A stretch of 64,000 nt of DNA from Octopus sinensis (taxonomy: Eukaryota): assembly GCF_006345805.1 (NCBI RefSeq), contig NC_042998.1, positions 144,956,001-145,020,000 of the forward strand, in the 5' to 3' direction. Shown in pieces: positions 12,937 through 26,950 of the stretch (the stretch's first letter is position 1; every line of letters starts with the position of its first letter). A model generated the notes under the pieces. That model was not told the origin of the DNA and did no database searches. It saw only the letters and a list, made by a program, of their open reading frames with translations. A program made the translations under genes and the position numbers.

Positions 12937-14375
12937 TCTATTTTATATACTAAAAGGCAAGTTGTTTGTCTGAGTGTGTGTTGTGTGAACCACTTCTACT
13001 CCTACAATTTTCAACCAAATTTGACATGGGTGCTCTCTTTGACTTAGGACGCTTTTCCTCATAATTTTTTCCTTGAAATTCTGCACCCCCAACATAAATA
13101 GACTACTCTCAATTTGCCTAGGATTTGGCTTCAGCTAGTGAAAAAAACGTGACACACACCCAGCTGATAAAAATTAATACTTTACTTTGTTAGCTGTGGC
13201 GAGCTCTTATTGACTGCTTGCACAGTACTGCCAGCAGTATTCATTAGCGAGTTACGATTTGCCTGTTTTCCCGTGAGAGCTCTTTTTTTTTATAGAGCTC
13301 TCACGTGAATATAATTATTCCAACTTAAACTAACCACTTCAAAACTCTTACCCAAAATCAAAAATCCTTAATTTAGTCTGTTTGATTAACATTTTTGCCA
13401 ACTACATTTTACTATTTTTTGGGTGCTACACATTCACCACTTTTTCCCTAGGACTTTTTCTATTGTCTCAACTGATAATTTTCCACCATGCCTCGAAGCA
13501 AAAGATCCAATATAGGTTGGCAAACAAATGCTGAAAAAGAAAAGTAAACATATGCATGCAAATGAATCTGCTAAGGACGCCACTAAGAGGAACTCTCTCA
13601 ATGCACTTAGGATGGCTTCAGTGCGAAGAAAGTGAAGAGCAGTGTTGTGATCAGTTAGCACGTAGTGCTGTGCAACAAGCAATGTTCAGCACTCTGAACA
13701 AGAAATGCTTCCTCTACTACTGCTGCATGAGCTTCAGAGACTGCAGCACAATGCACAGGTTGACTTACAAGAGATGCTGCAGCAACTACTGCTGCATGCA
13801 CTATGGAGACTAGAAGGGAAAACAACAACGGATGTTGCTCTATGCAGCAAACAGGAAAACATCAGGTAACCATACCCTTGCCACCTTATTCATTTCAATA
13901 GCATAATTTTCACAGTATGCTCTCTGTTAAGTGCCCCCAATTGTGAGGTAGGCAACAGACACTACACCTTCCGTCTTTTTTGCACAGGCCACACATCAAA
14001 CTTTTTGTTCAGATAAGGTAGTATATGCAACCCAGCGAAACAGCAGGTAAACATACTATTTCTCTTTATGTCATATCTTAAGGTTCAACCTTTCCATCTG
14101 CTAAACAGCACATGTCAGCAGTTATGTGGTAACAAAAATAAACTCAATTACTGCCAGTTTTTTACAGATTGACCTACTGTCCCAATGGAAAACAATGACA
14201 ATGGTGTGGGAATATGACTCTGCATGTTCACTATTGCACTAAATAAATCAAACACAGGGAACATCTGCCACTATGATTTCTTTCATTAAGTTCAGAGCTG
14301 TATCCGTGAATAGTCTACTAACTAAACAGAGATACTTAACAAACAGCCCCAGGCAATGTCGAGTATGCCTGCTAG
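12937..14375 (+). mobile_element. Canonical Helitron, internally deleted, with a RepHel N-terminal relic
   Basis: 5' A|TC (tctattttatatactaaaaggcaagttgtttgtctg); 3' decayed hairpin 'ccccaggcaatgtcgag' plus CTAG|T, no TSD. Relic ORF from 13488 (MPRSKRSNIGWQTNA..ANESAKDATKRNSLNALRMASVRR) resembles Helitron N-termini. Confidence 0.75.
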
Positions 14376-15657
14376 TATATATAAAACTCAGTGTGTGTGT
14401 GTGTGTAAACCAACATAACTTCTGAAGTTCGAAACTGATTTTCTTGAAACTGGGAACATACATTACTTATGTTCCAGAGATGGTTTTAGACTCTTAAAAT
14501 TTTTCACATAATGAGTAATGAGACCTCTGAGGGCAGAAAACCCCCTTTCGTTGGGAACATACGACTACTGTAGGGAAGGGAGGTAACTTTTGTGAAGTAA
14601 CTTAGAAATTTATTGTCCTCCATACATTTATTTATTCTGTTGTGCCATGAGAGAGTCATTACGCCAAAATTTGTTTCAACACATGAATTTACATCCTTTT
14701 GTCCTGTTGGAATCAATAAATTAAGTACTAATTGAGCACTAGGGTTGATGTGATTGACTTATGCTCTCTCCCGAAATTGCTGGCTTTGTGCCAAAATTTG
14801 AAACCAATACTAATTTTGTGTTTGAAACACAAAAGGTTCTTTTATAAAATTAGTTTGGTGGGAAACTAATGGAAGCCAATATAGTCAGGAATTTAATGAC
14901 TATATATATACCAAATGGGGTTCTACTTTCCACCATTATAGTTCTTGAAATAATAATACTTTCAAAAGTTGTGCTTAGACATATTTTATGCCGATCACCC
15001 AGTTCTCAGAACACAGCATAGAGCCAAAGATAGAGCAGTGAATGAAATACTTTGCAGCATTTGTTTACATTACTTTGGTGAAGGCACATAGCTTAGTGGT
15101 TAAAGTATTCGGCTCACAATCCTAAGGTCGTGTGTTGTATTCCATGAAGCATATTGTGCCCTTGAGCAAGACACTTTATTTCACATTGCTCCAGTTCACT
15201 CAGCTGGGAAAAATGAGCAGTATCTATAATTGGAAATGGCCGGCTTCATCACATTCTGTATCATGCTGAATCTGAGAACATGAAGGGTATGTGTGTCTGT
15301 TGAGCACTCAACCACTTGTATGTTAATTTCACGAGCAGGTTCCAGATCAACTGGAACCCTTTATTGTAACAGACAGAGCGCCAGATTTTTTTACATTGCT
15401 TTATGTTCTAAGTCAATGTCCAACAGCAGCTAAGGAGAGTATACCCACAGAGCTTTTCGGTGCGTTCAAAAATTACCCCCACCCACTTTTCCATGACATA
15501 TCACTTAGCTGAATTAGCCCATCATTTACTCCACAAATGTTTTGTTGTCAATGCTGCACTTCCCCGTATCACATTTCAACTTTACCGTACTATATATATA
15601 TATATATATACAGACTATACCATCTTAATCCTAAGCAACGCCAGGTATCTCTGCTAT
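14376..15657 (+). mobile_element. Older non-autonomous Helitron (target of the 12937 insertion); contains SINE insertions
   Basis: 5'-type 'tatatataaaactcagtgtgtgtgt...gattttcttgaaact'; 3' 'cctaagcaacgccaggtatctctgcta' matches the Helitron terminal motif seen at 14347-14375. Confidence 0.55.
15077..15385 (+). mobile_element. tRNA-derived SINE, family B
   Basis: 'ggtgaaggcacatagcttagtggttaaagtattcggctcac...gtgcccttgagcaagacacttta'. Second copy at 27836-28155. Confidence 0.75.
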
Positions 15658-16983
15658 ATTTATATAAATGTATATATGAGTGTGTGTATATTTATATATA
15701 TGTATGTGTGTGTGTATGCATATGTGCCACAGAATGATGGTAATGTACTGAGAAGTTGAGCTATTCTTTCATTCAGTTGAAGTTATTTTCAGTATACATT
15801 GATGCTCTTAGAAACAGTATGAACATCACAACTACCATTTACCTCTCCCTTAAACATTTTAGGTTTCATGTCTACATTTTCTAAAGATATTGGGAAAATA
15901 CAATGCACCTTATCTTTTTCCTGGAATGTTATTACAGACAACAAACACTATCAAAGAAAAATCAAAAATATCTTTGTTTACCACTTCAAAAACCTCAAGT
16001 ATATAAAAATTATAAACAAAAAGATTGAGCATAAAAGCAACTTAACAAATGAAATATATTCAGTTAGATATATAGATATATAACCCTTCATTTTCAAGAT
16101 TACAACATTGATTGGATATAGCATTTAAATCAGTGTTACATGAAAGATTATAAACATTAAATGAAATAATTATATTGTAAAATATCAACAATTTTATTAA
16201 AGAAACCCTATATCTGTACAGAATAACAGATAATACAAATCCTAAATTTTCCAACATTTTGTTCTTAACATGGTCACTAATAGATCTTCCTTCATAGAAG
16301 ACCTCAACTCTGATTGGATTATTTTCAGTGCAGAAAACAGCCACATTAATTCTATGTGAAATTAAAAATTTATTGTATTATATAAAAATGTACACTTAAT
16401 AGAGTCGGTACAATTTTACTGACTTCAATAATTGCTTCCAACTGACACAACAGTCTGGTCAACAGATTTTTCATGTCAAGCTATCAAATCCTTTATATGA
16501 AGTGTAATGAACTTGCTTTCATCAGACTTTTCAAGAGAGACCACTAGGGATTAACATAAGAGAATAAGTCCTCAGTAGATTTGATTTTATGGAAGTCATA
16601 CTATTTTTAATAGGAAGTGGTGAGCTGGCAGAAACATTAGCACGCCGGGCAAAATGCTTCGCGGTATTTCGTCTGTTTTTAAGTATCAGGTGTGTACTGG
16701 GGTTGATCTAATCATCTGGTCCCCTCCCCAAAAATTTCAGGCCTTGTGCCTAGAGTAGAAAAGAATAAAAAACGGGGGAGAAACTCAGAGTGTTTTGAGA
16801 AGACAGTTGTTTCCTTCCCTCTCCAGATTGAAGTGAAAGTGATAGATCAGTTGTTGACAGAAATGTTGCCCTTCTTTGGAATGAGACCCACTGTCTCAGT
16901 TTCTTTCAATATGCTAACCACTAAATCTTTTCTATACACTAGTTTTTATTAAATTTTGTTTGATGTTTAATGGTGCAAAATAT

Positions 16984-17345
16984 GGCACAGATGTGGCCGT
17001 GTGATTTCAGGTCAAGTCCCAGTGCATGGCATCTTTGGCAAGTGTTTTCTACAATAGTTTCAGGCCAACCAAAGCTTTGTGAGTAGATTTGGTACATGGA
17101 AACTGAAAGATGCCAGTCATATGTGTGTGTCCATCCTTGTCTTGACATCAGGTGAGGGTTGTAAATAAGTGTTGCTCATTTACAATTTTCTGTGAGAAAC
17201 ATGTCTGGCTATAGGAAAATATTACTTAGTTTGGAAACAGGTGAAGGTGGGCAACAAGAAGAGGATCCAGCCATAGAAAATTTGCCTAAATGGATTCCAT
17301 CAGATCCTTGCAACCATGAAAAAATGAAAGTTGAAAATGATGCTT
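16984..17345 (+). mobile_element. tRNA-derived SINE family A fused to an RTE-type tail
   Basis: Head 'ggcacagatgtggccgtgtg...ggtcaagtccc', CORE-like 'tttggcaagtgttttctac', tail 'ggaaacaggtga..atccagccatagaaaatttgcc'. Similar copies at about 130-545, 12560-12920, 23545-23910 and 27510-28200 (-). Confidence 0.7.
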
Positions 17346-18115
17346 ATATCCCAAGTTATCAATGCAATAAGAGTTTCTGCTTCAAGGTAAAGACTGCAAA
17401 TTAGTTTCTCGAAAACTTTAAATTCATGGGAAACATTCAAGGTTCAGTGAAATAAGTGCCTTTATTTTTCTTTTTGAATTTTAGTGAATTAACAGAAAAA
17501 TCTCTAAATATGGGCTGAAAGAAATCTGCTGTGACAATCTCATTCCAAATAACAAAGGATTGTTCAGTGGATGGGTGCACTGAAAAACCTATAGGAATTG
17601 CCCGTTTTTTTTTTTTTTTTTTCTTAGACAATGCAGTTTTAAAATTCATTCAAACCAAAATGGTCCAACCTCACATCTTTGTTTAAATCAATTTTTCTAT
17701 GTTGGATGTAGTTTTATTGAGGAAGATTTCTTACAGCTAGATATCCTTCATGTTGGCAACCCATACCTGTTTCCAAGCAAAGTAATGTTTCCCCATGGAA
17801 AGATATGTTTGTGCAGAATATTGGAAAGGAATGACACTGCTTAGATGATAGTGACACAACTACCATGCAATGTCAAGATGTGTGTATGTGTGTTTGTGCT
17901 CTAAGTAGGCTAACAGGTTGAAGCTCCAATGTCATTATCACCCCTCTTGTAAAAATTAAATACACAACTAAAAAGTGTTGGACAATTCTTCAGTTTAACA
18001 TTAAATTGTTTATATATATATCATCATCATAGTTTAACGTCTGCATTCCTCCATGCTGGAATGGGTTGGACAGTTCAACAGAGGGCTGGAAAGCCAGAAG
18101 GCTGCACCAGGCTCC

Positions 18116-18146
<31 letters not shown>

Positions 18147-21100
18147 CATGTGTAAACTTGTTTTGATATAATTTGATGGTTGTAAATGAGCATGACTGTC
18201 AAACAAGTATTGTTTGTTTCCAGTATTCCATGAAAAATGTGTCTATACTTGGAAATAGATGATGGCTGGCAACAAGGGCATATGACAAAGAAAATGTGCT
18301 TCAACAAATTCTATCTAATCTATGCAAACAAGGAAAAGTGGATATTAAATGACAATTGTGAATCACTATATACAAGAACTTAACAAGCTGACCGATCCTG
18401 GAGGTGTTCTCTTCATTATGACTACATTACTTGCTCCTGAGCTAGTTCTTATCCTCACAAAAATCTACACATGTTTCTCCTTTGCAGAGATCCATCCTAA
18501 TTTATGAACACAGTACAGAATCCAAATCCAGACTGCTAAAAAAAAAAAATCTTTCTCTGATCTACCACTTCCGACATTTCAATCTTCTATAAGGTTGCTC
18601 ATCTTGCTAGAAATAGATAGCAGCCAAATTTCCTCAAATTACACCTTACCAATTTTTTTTAATGGTACATTGTATAAAGCAATCTTACATGCCCTGAGTC
18701 TGGGGTGGGTGAAAAAAAACACAAGCGGGCACTAATGGAATGCTTTTAAATATAGATTTGCTCGATCAAAGCTGACCTCAAGCTTATAAATAATTTGAAC
18801 ATTTCTCTCAAACAAAATGAAAGCAGTTGTAAATAATCACAACCTTCATAACCTTGATTCTTTCTCTCCACCTTTTTGATTCAAGAATCCATAAAAAGAT
18901 CTGTCTTAAAGCACACATCAGTAGTCTCTTGACTTTGACAGTTTTGGTTAAACCAAAACGGTTATCCTACACTTCTTGACTATGTCTGTCACTCAAACCT
19001 TGACTTACTAGTAAAGTTACCAGCCAATAAGCTCTGTCTCTTATGCAATATTTCCCATCAGTCTATTTCATTGTAGCACAAAATGGAATGGGCTATGCTC
19101 TGTTGTTTCCAACACTCTTCTTACAGAGTTAATGGCCTTTGTACTATAATTTCTAACACATACTTCTATATAGATAATACCTTGATTTGTGCATAACTTT
19201 CTGCACACAGGAGATACCCCACTCACAACCTGAGTACCTTACACCAGGCATTCATTGCTGACATGACAACCTTAATCTATTTCAATGACACGAAAACACA
19301 AACAGCATACATACCAAAGAAACAGTTTATAACCTATATATACATAAAAACATACAGTTAAATACATTAAGTGCCTTTGATCTTAAATAACATTGCCAAA
19401 ACTGCTTCTCAAAAACTTAGATTTCTCTTCAGAATACACTAATTCAGAACTGAGCAGTTGCTAAACCTTCACACAACACAAGGGCTTAGAGTACTGCTCA
19501 TATAAGCAGTGCAATTCTGCAATGACACACAAATATTTTCCCACCCTCAGAAGGCCAACTAGCTGTTAGCAAAAATCTACTGATGAACCTAATATAACTA
19601 CTAGCACAGATTTACTGTTTCCTCAGTCTGCTTTTATATTTGATCCAGTGAACTAGCAGGTTCATAGACTCTACCCATTCATCCTCCTCAAACCCTGCAC
19701 TAATCCCTGTACTGTAGTCCCACTCAGTTGAAGGTCTTGGTCTTGCAAACTATATGGTGACCTCATTAGTGTTGGTGTCAGGAAGAAAGCATCCAGTACA
19801 GCAGCTGTCATTAGGAAAGGCATCCAAATACTAGAGCACAAAAAGCTGGAACAATCTTCCAACTGCTTGTCAGATCTTCTCAAAATGTCCAACCCATGCC
19901 AGCATGGTGATTACTAACAAGAAACTTTTCTTTCTACAAGCATCAACCTACACAAATTTAAGTTCAGGGAGGGTCTGCAAAAGAGATGCATGCCACTGAA
20001 CTCTTCAAACTAAATAAACATACACACAGCGTGCACACACACACACACACACACACAGAAAGCAAAGTCATAGGTGAGTGATGTGTATCCATTCTATAAA
20101 ATTACTGTCTGTAATAGTTTAAAACTAAATCATATAATCATTATACCAATTATAGTGCAGGTATTGCAATAAAAAAAAGGGAGAAAAGATATGTTTAGAT
20201 TTATTACTAGCTTAAGAGCTGTAAAAAGATTTAATTCATTCTAACATGTAGTTCAGACTGAAAATGTTAAATTGGTATCAAATAAAGAAGAAGAAAAAAA
20301 AACCAGCATTTCACACCACACAGATGGAATTTTGGTCAATAAATGTCAAATGATGATTAAACTCCAGTTGTCTTTTGACATCAGGTTCACCTTGTAATTA
20401 TATATCAGTACCAATACCTCAAACTTTCTGAATGAAAATCACCTGGAATAATTACATAAGTATGAGATAGCAAAAACTTCTACAAAGCTCATACTGCAGT
20501 TTCCAAAATTAAACATCACAAGCATCGTGATATACTCACTATTGACTACTATACTTGTTTTTGTTCCCATATGTTCTATGTCTAGCAGGTATGAGACCAA
20601 AATAAAAATAACCAAACAACTAGAATAAAAAAGACACTAAGAATAATGGGTAAATTTCATTCAAGTCCTCTAGTAGAACTTATTCAGATCTACCATTCTC
20701 TGAAGTGAATGTACTAAAATTCTTCAACTTAATTACATTGCAAAATGTACTATTAATGTACAAACTCCTTAAACTTTCTTTTCATCTTAAGAAACATCTG
20801 TACCTTGTAACTATGTAAGTACCTATGAGACTAGAAATACTTTCAAAGATTTATTTATTCCTTATGATACATAAACAGTTTAAACTGCATGGCCGTGTTA
20901 AGTATACAGCATTACTGCTGTATACTTAAAACTGAAGTTTAAATGAACTCGTAACTGTAAAACCAAAGTTTGAAATGAAAGATTCTTATAAACTTACACA
21001 ATTTTCCTTTTAATGTTTTAGCATGAGAGAAATGGTTTTTGTGGAAGTAGTTGTTTTTCAAAGACAAGATATTTTTCCTATCTCTAACTTTTCAACTACA

Positions 21101-21984
21101 AAGTTGGAGTGAACTCTGCTATTTAGGCAGACTGTGAAATATGTAAAGTGCATCCCACAGCTGCACAACATACTAATTAATGCTTGAAATTAGATCATGT
21201 GACGAGTACTCTAGCACTAACTACACAGACATAGTATCTGATACTGCCAATGCTATTACCCCCTGACACTACCTGTTGTTCTATCCTCACTCCTACACAT
21301 CTCATACCTTCAGGATTCACCCTAACACCTCATTGCCTCTATTTTATCTCTCCCTTTCACCACATCATTTACTCCCAATCCCTTCTATAATATGAGAAGC
21401 CATGTAGCTCCTCTACAACAAGAAACTTATTCTGTTCAGGACCCCGTCTGTATACTTTAACATCTTGTCTCCAAGCATAAAACTGCTTTCCTCTTCACTG
21501 TGACACCATTCCGTTGAAGGTGATCATAGTCTTCCAAGCTCCATGATCACCTTACAAGTGCTGGTGTCACAAGAAAAGCACCCAGTACACTATGTAGAGA
21601 GGTTGACATTAGGAAGGGCATCCTATTATAGAAACCATTCCAAAGCAGACACTGGGGCACAATGTAGCCATTGGATATACTGGATCCTATGAAACCGTCC
21701 AATCCATACCAACATAGACATCAAAAGATAATGATGAGGAGGACAATTTTCTTTTCTTTTACTTGTTTCAGTCATTTGACTGCAGCCATGCTGGAGTACC
21801 ACCTTTGGTCAAAACAAATCGACCCCAGGACTTATTCTTTGTAAGCCTAGTACTTATTTTATTGGTCTATTTTGCCAAACCACTTAGTGATGAGGACGTA
21901 AACACCAGTATTGGTTGCCAAGCGATGGTGGGGGAAGAAACACAGGCACACATATATATGCATGTCTGTATATGTATATATATA

Positions 21985-22146
21985 TGATGGGCTTCTTTCA
22001 GTTTCCATCTACCAAATCCACTCACAAGGCTTTGGTTGACCTGACGCTATAGTAGTAGACACTTGGCCAAGGTGCCATGCAGTGGGACTTAAACCCGGAA
22101 CCATGTGGTTGGTAAGCAAGCTTCTTACCACACAGCTACCCCTGTG
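21985..22146 (-). mobile_element. tRNA-derived SINE family A (well preserved copy)
   Basis: Reverse complement 'gcacaggggtagctgtgtggtaagaagcttgcttaccaaccacatggttccgggtttaagtccc...accttggccaagtgtc'; A and B boxes recognisable. Confidence 0.8.
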
Positions 22147-22461
22147 CCAATGTTTGTAGAAGACTAGTATAACAGACTGAATCATCTTCATCATAAAACA
22201 GGCACTTATTTTATCAACATAACAGTGATGAAAGTCAAGAATTAAAATTCAAGAAGACAAAGATAAATACTATGAATCATTTAGTCTAGTTCTATTACCT
22301 CAGCTATGTCTACCATCTTTCAGATATCATAGTAATTAATGACTGTCATATGTTCAATTATATAATTCAATTTTGTTTACAGAGAAACAACAAATCTATT
22401 TCGTTTTTGTATTTGGTTCGCAAGATTCTTTATGTGAATTTGTGTGTTGAAGTATATTTTA

Positions 22462-22638
22462 TTGTGTCTGGGGAGAGTCATTCTCTTTTAGTGTCTTATT
22501 ATTTAACACATGACTATTGAAAGGGTTGCAAGACGCAATGAAAATTTGAGAAAAAATAAACAACTAAATGAGTGGAAATTGAAACGGTGAGTGTTAAATA
22601 ATAAGGCACTAAAATAAAATGACTCTCCCCAGACTCAA
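22462..22638. mobile_element. MITE / foldback with about 48-bp inverted arms
   Basis: 'ttgtgtctggggagagtcattctcttttagtgtcttattatttaacac' (22462-22509) is the near-perfect inverse of 'gtgttaaataataaggcactaaaataaaatgactctccccagactcaa' (22591-22638). Confidence 0.75.
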
Positions 22639-24133
22639 CAAATCTTATATACTGTTAAAAACAAATGTATTGTTTCATGAATTGCTATCAATTTAACACC
22701 CACTTTTCCATTCTCGCATGGATCAAAGTTTACAGAAGTAGATTTTCTATAGCTGGATGCTCTTCATGTTGCCAACCCTTACCTATTTCCAAGCAAGGTA
22801 ATATTTCCCATGGCTAGACAGGATACTGGGAATGAATTACATTCATTTATAACAATTACATGATATGAAAACGGAGTCACACACACACACACACACATAC
22901 AATAAGATTCTTTTGATTTTCTTCTAAATCCACTGACAAGGCTTAGGTCAGCCTGAGAATATAGAAGACACTTGCTCAAAGTGCAATGAGGCAAGACTGA
23001 ACCTTGCTATTAGTCACTATCCACTGCAAAAAGTCTATGCTTAACACCTAACAAAGCAGAAATATATATATATTCTTGGAGGATGTTCATATTAAACATC
23101 TAATTTAAGATACTGAATAACTTGGTATTTGCTATGCTTAAGACAATACAATCATTCAAAATTTCTTTCCGACATAGGAACTGTTATCCATACTAACAAA
23201 ATTTCATTAGAATTTGTTTTGGAGTTTAATTTTATACGAGGTTTTGGTGACATTATTTTTACAAGTTCATCATCTTATAAGCCCCTGATATTTAAAATAT
23301 ACCAGTAGAAAGATCCAAAACAATTAGGTAATGGACTAGATTTAGTTTCCTACTTTCAAACTCTTAGAAATTTTTCATTAGTTAACTTGCAAAGAAAAAG
23401 CTATATACAATAGCCAGGGTTGCCTTTGTCTCACATCTGTCTGGAAATTTTGCATGCTGAGAAAGTTTTAGAAAAGAACAAAAAACAGCTTAAATCTTAA
23501 GACTAAAACAAATTATTTAACATAATAGTTTAACAATAGAAACAGGCATAGCTATATAGTTGATTCCCAGTTCTTGAGTTCAGTTACAGCGCATAAGCAA
23601 GCGTCTCCTACTATAACCCCAGGGTGACCAAAGCCTTGTATGTGGACTTGGTAGATAGAAACTGAAAGACTGTAGTGGGTGGGTACACTCTTGCCTTGAC
23701 ATCACATGATTACAAAAACAAGCATTACCATCATATGATTTTTGAATGTTTCCATACTTCTGTGGAAAATATGTCTGGCCATGGGAAATGCTATCTTGCT
23801 GGGAAACCGGTGAGGTTAGCCAATAGGAAGGGATCTGGCTATAGAAAATCTGTCTCAAGAAATTCCATCTGACTCATACAAGCATGGAAAAGTGGACATA
23901 AATGATGAAGTTGAGTTCAACTCACACAAGACAATTTCTTTATGACATTAATATCCATTTCGTGACATTTTTCAGGAGTCAGACCATATAAACAGGTGAT
24001 GTTATAATGTCACCTTTATTACAGCCATTTAGCATTTGTTCCCATCTCAGAAAATAACCAAAAAAAACCTCTATCCTGTTTGCGGTTGTTTATTCTATCT
24101 TATTTGGTACTGCTGTTGGAAAAATTCAAATTA

Positions 24134-26035
24134 CCGTATTTGACGGCATATAGGTCGCACTTTTTTCCAAAAAATTTGGCTCAAAAAAATCGCCCTGCGT
24201 TTAATATGCGAAGTCAAGACCCTCCCGTAGGCTAATCTTCTCCCAGACGCTCACTAACCTAGCTTATGATAAGTATTTCTACCTATGCTAACACCTTAAT
24301 GATATTTTCCGTACTCATGCATCATTATTTTATTGCTAGTATTATTATTATTATCAGTATTATTACTTTAAAATACGAATTATCATAAAAATCAAAGCAA
24401 TCTACCGTAAATTGTTAGGCTGCGATCTATGACACACGTTTACTAATATCAGCTGATCGGAACCCTAACTCGATGCCATCTGACGGTGAGGAGTAAAACT
24501 ACGGAATGCACATGATCATTGCCAGTTTGTGTATATACGGAGGTAGGTTGGATATCTTGGTACAACAAAGTTTATGATCATAACAAAACACACTACAACA
24601 GTACAAGCACCCTCATGGCTATGGCAGCAAAAAGATCAAGCTACAAAATCTCCTACAAACTACGAGTGATAGATTATGCCAAGGAGCATGGAAATAGAGC
24701 AGCAGCAAGGGTTTTTGGGCCACCACCGACAGAAAAAATGATACGTGTCTGGCGACAGCAAGAAGAGCAGCTGATGAGAGCACAGAAAGGTAAACATAAC
24801 CTTCGTTGCCCAGCCCCACATTGGCCAGAACTTGAGGATGATATAAAAACGTGGGTGCTTGATGAGAGAAACTCAGGGAGAAGTGTATCTACCAAAATGA
24901 TAATTCATGAGGCCATGAGAGTAGCAGAACAACAAGGGATACAGAACTTTGCAGGAACAGAAGGTTGGTGTTACAGGTTTATCAATGCGTACAAAAACAT
25001 CCATTGCACAAAAAATGCCTGCTGATTATGAAGAAAAAATATTAGATTTTCATAGATTTGTTATAAATACAAGAAAGAAAACTTGTTTTGAACTGGGCCA
25101 AATAGGGAATATGGACGAAGTTCCACTCACATTTGATGTACCATCCAACAGGACTGTGAGTGTCAAAGGGTTTAAAACGGTTTCGATAAAAACCACTGGC
25201 CACGAAAAGACCCACTATACAGTAGCTCTGGCCTGTTGTGCTGATGGTATAAAACTGCCACCTCTTTTGATATTTAAGAGAAAAACTCAGCCTAAGGATG
25301 AAATTCCAAGAAGTGTACTAGTTCATGTTCACGAAAAAGGCTGGATGGACGAAAATGGAATGAAACTGTGGTTACAAAATATATGGTCAAGGCGTCCTGG
25401 TGGACTATTAAGAAAACCTTCTCTTCTGGTTTGGGATCAGTTTAGAGCACATAGAACTGAAGCCATTAAAAAAAGGGGTGGGAGAATTGAAAACGCCGTT
25501 AGCTGTCATTCCTGGTGGACTGACGAGCCAATTGCAGCCTTTAGATGTGTCTGTGAATAAGCCATTTAGGCAGAACATGCGTGAACATTGGAACAAGTGG
25601 ATGGCAGAGCCACATCATGCCCTCACACCCACAGGAAGAATGAAGCGGCCCACCATTGCTGAAGTGTGTGAGTGGGTGAAGAAATCTTGGGATGATGTTA
25701 GGCCTGAAATCATTGTGAAGGCTTTTAAGAAGTGTGGCATTAGCAATGCCCTTGATGGCACAGAAGATGATGCATTATTTGAAGACAGTGATTTCAGCAG
25801 TAGTGATGAAGACTTTTCTGGTGTAGAAGATGATGAAGAGTTTTCTGGTTAAAAAGATGATTAAAGATGATTACTATTGTAATTTGTATGCTTGCTTTTA
25901 TACGGCAATGTTTTCTGCTTTTGTAATGTGCTGCTAGACTGCTTTCAACAATATATGCTTAAATACACTTAAAACTTTTTTTCCTGAATTTGACCTGCTG
26001 AAATGAGGGTGCGTCTAATATGCCGTCAAATACGG
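24134..26035 (+). mobile_element. pogo-superfamily DNA transposon, Passer/POGK-like (DD35D), near full length
   Basis: TA TSD on both sides; TIR ccgtatttgacggcatat is 18/18 perfect (24/27 extended). Transposase about 24615-25852 in three frames: Brinker-type DBD (SYKLRVIDYAKEHGNRAAARVFG), CENP-B HTH, and DDE_1 (GNMDEVP, WDQFRAH, QLQPLDVSVNKPF). Frameshifts at about 24980 and 25475. Confidence 0.95.
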
Positions 26036-26765
26036 TAAGTGAAGAATTATGAATACTGGTACCATTTATGGTTCATTTGACTATTTTTATTAAAGACTTT
26101 AAATCAATATATTAAAGAACACAAAAGTAACCTCCTTCTGCAATGTGTAATACTAATAAAATATGTTGTCATGTTGGTAAAACATGGATAGAATAATTTT
26201 TTTACATAGAAACAAATGGAAAGTGTGTGTGTGTGCATGCTACCTTTGTAAAAATTCAGTTGCACCTTATATGGCATAATTAGCACCAACATGGACTTCG
26301 TATTCTCATAATTTTCTCAAAAATGCATATTTATTAATGAAATGCTTCAGAAATATGTCTTTGAGGTGATTATACTGATAAAATTTAGAAAATATTGTTT
26401 TTTAGCAGAGTTCCAGTTCATTCTCTCTCCTATCCCCACCTCTGTTAGTACCTATTTCTGTAACTTTACACTTTTTTTTCAGATTTATACAGGATGTGGT
26501 AGAAAAATCTTCCATAAGTTTTTTTGCTGCACCCTGCCTCTAGTGAAGTTAGCTAGTAATAGTGTTTCATGTAGTTGATGTTTTACTACTCTTTTTTTTC
26601 ACTATGCCTTTGTTGTTGAAACATCTTATCAAGAATGGTAGTGAAACTAGATTTTTGTTTTTGCTGCATCTTCTATGTTTGAAATCTTAACATTATGTAA
26701 TCCACACACTTGTTAAAGTAATTCTGCAAAATGTCATTTCAAAATATGCATTTTAAAGAGAAGTG

Positions 26766-26950
26766 TGAGGTGGTATCAGAAAGTTCTCCGACTAGTTATG
26801 TTTAATAAAAAATAACTAATTTACTTGAATTTTAACATCATCCCCATCAAAATAATCACCTTGCACAGCAATACATCAGTTCCAGCATTCCTGCCACTTT
26901 TGGAATCCAACCTAGAAGTCATTTTCTATAAGTGAGTCAAGGACCTTCTA
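26766..26950 (-). mobile_element. Mariner 3' end fragment nested in a degenerate TIR element (about 26283-27076)
   Basis: Minus-strand translation FQKWQECWN*CIAVQGDYFDGD (mariner C-terminus) followed by TIR-like 'tgaggtggtatcagaaagttctccgact'. About 70-bp degenerate inverted repeats flank it at 26283-26356 and 27000-27076. Confidence 0.6.

Noticed and set aside
20390-20442. Possible minus-strand exon (also a strong donor at about 8142)
   Set aside because: Weak polypyrimidine tract, ambiguous donors and no coding signal; such motifs arise by chance in AT-rich DNA.
24519-25852. Host POGK gene
   Set aside because: Bounded by TIRs and a TA TSD, frameshifted, and lacking a KRAB domain, so a transposon rather than a domesticated gene.
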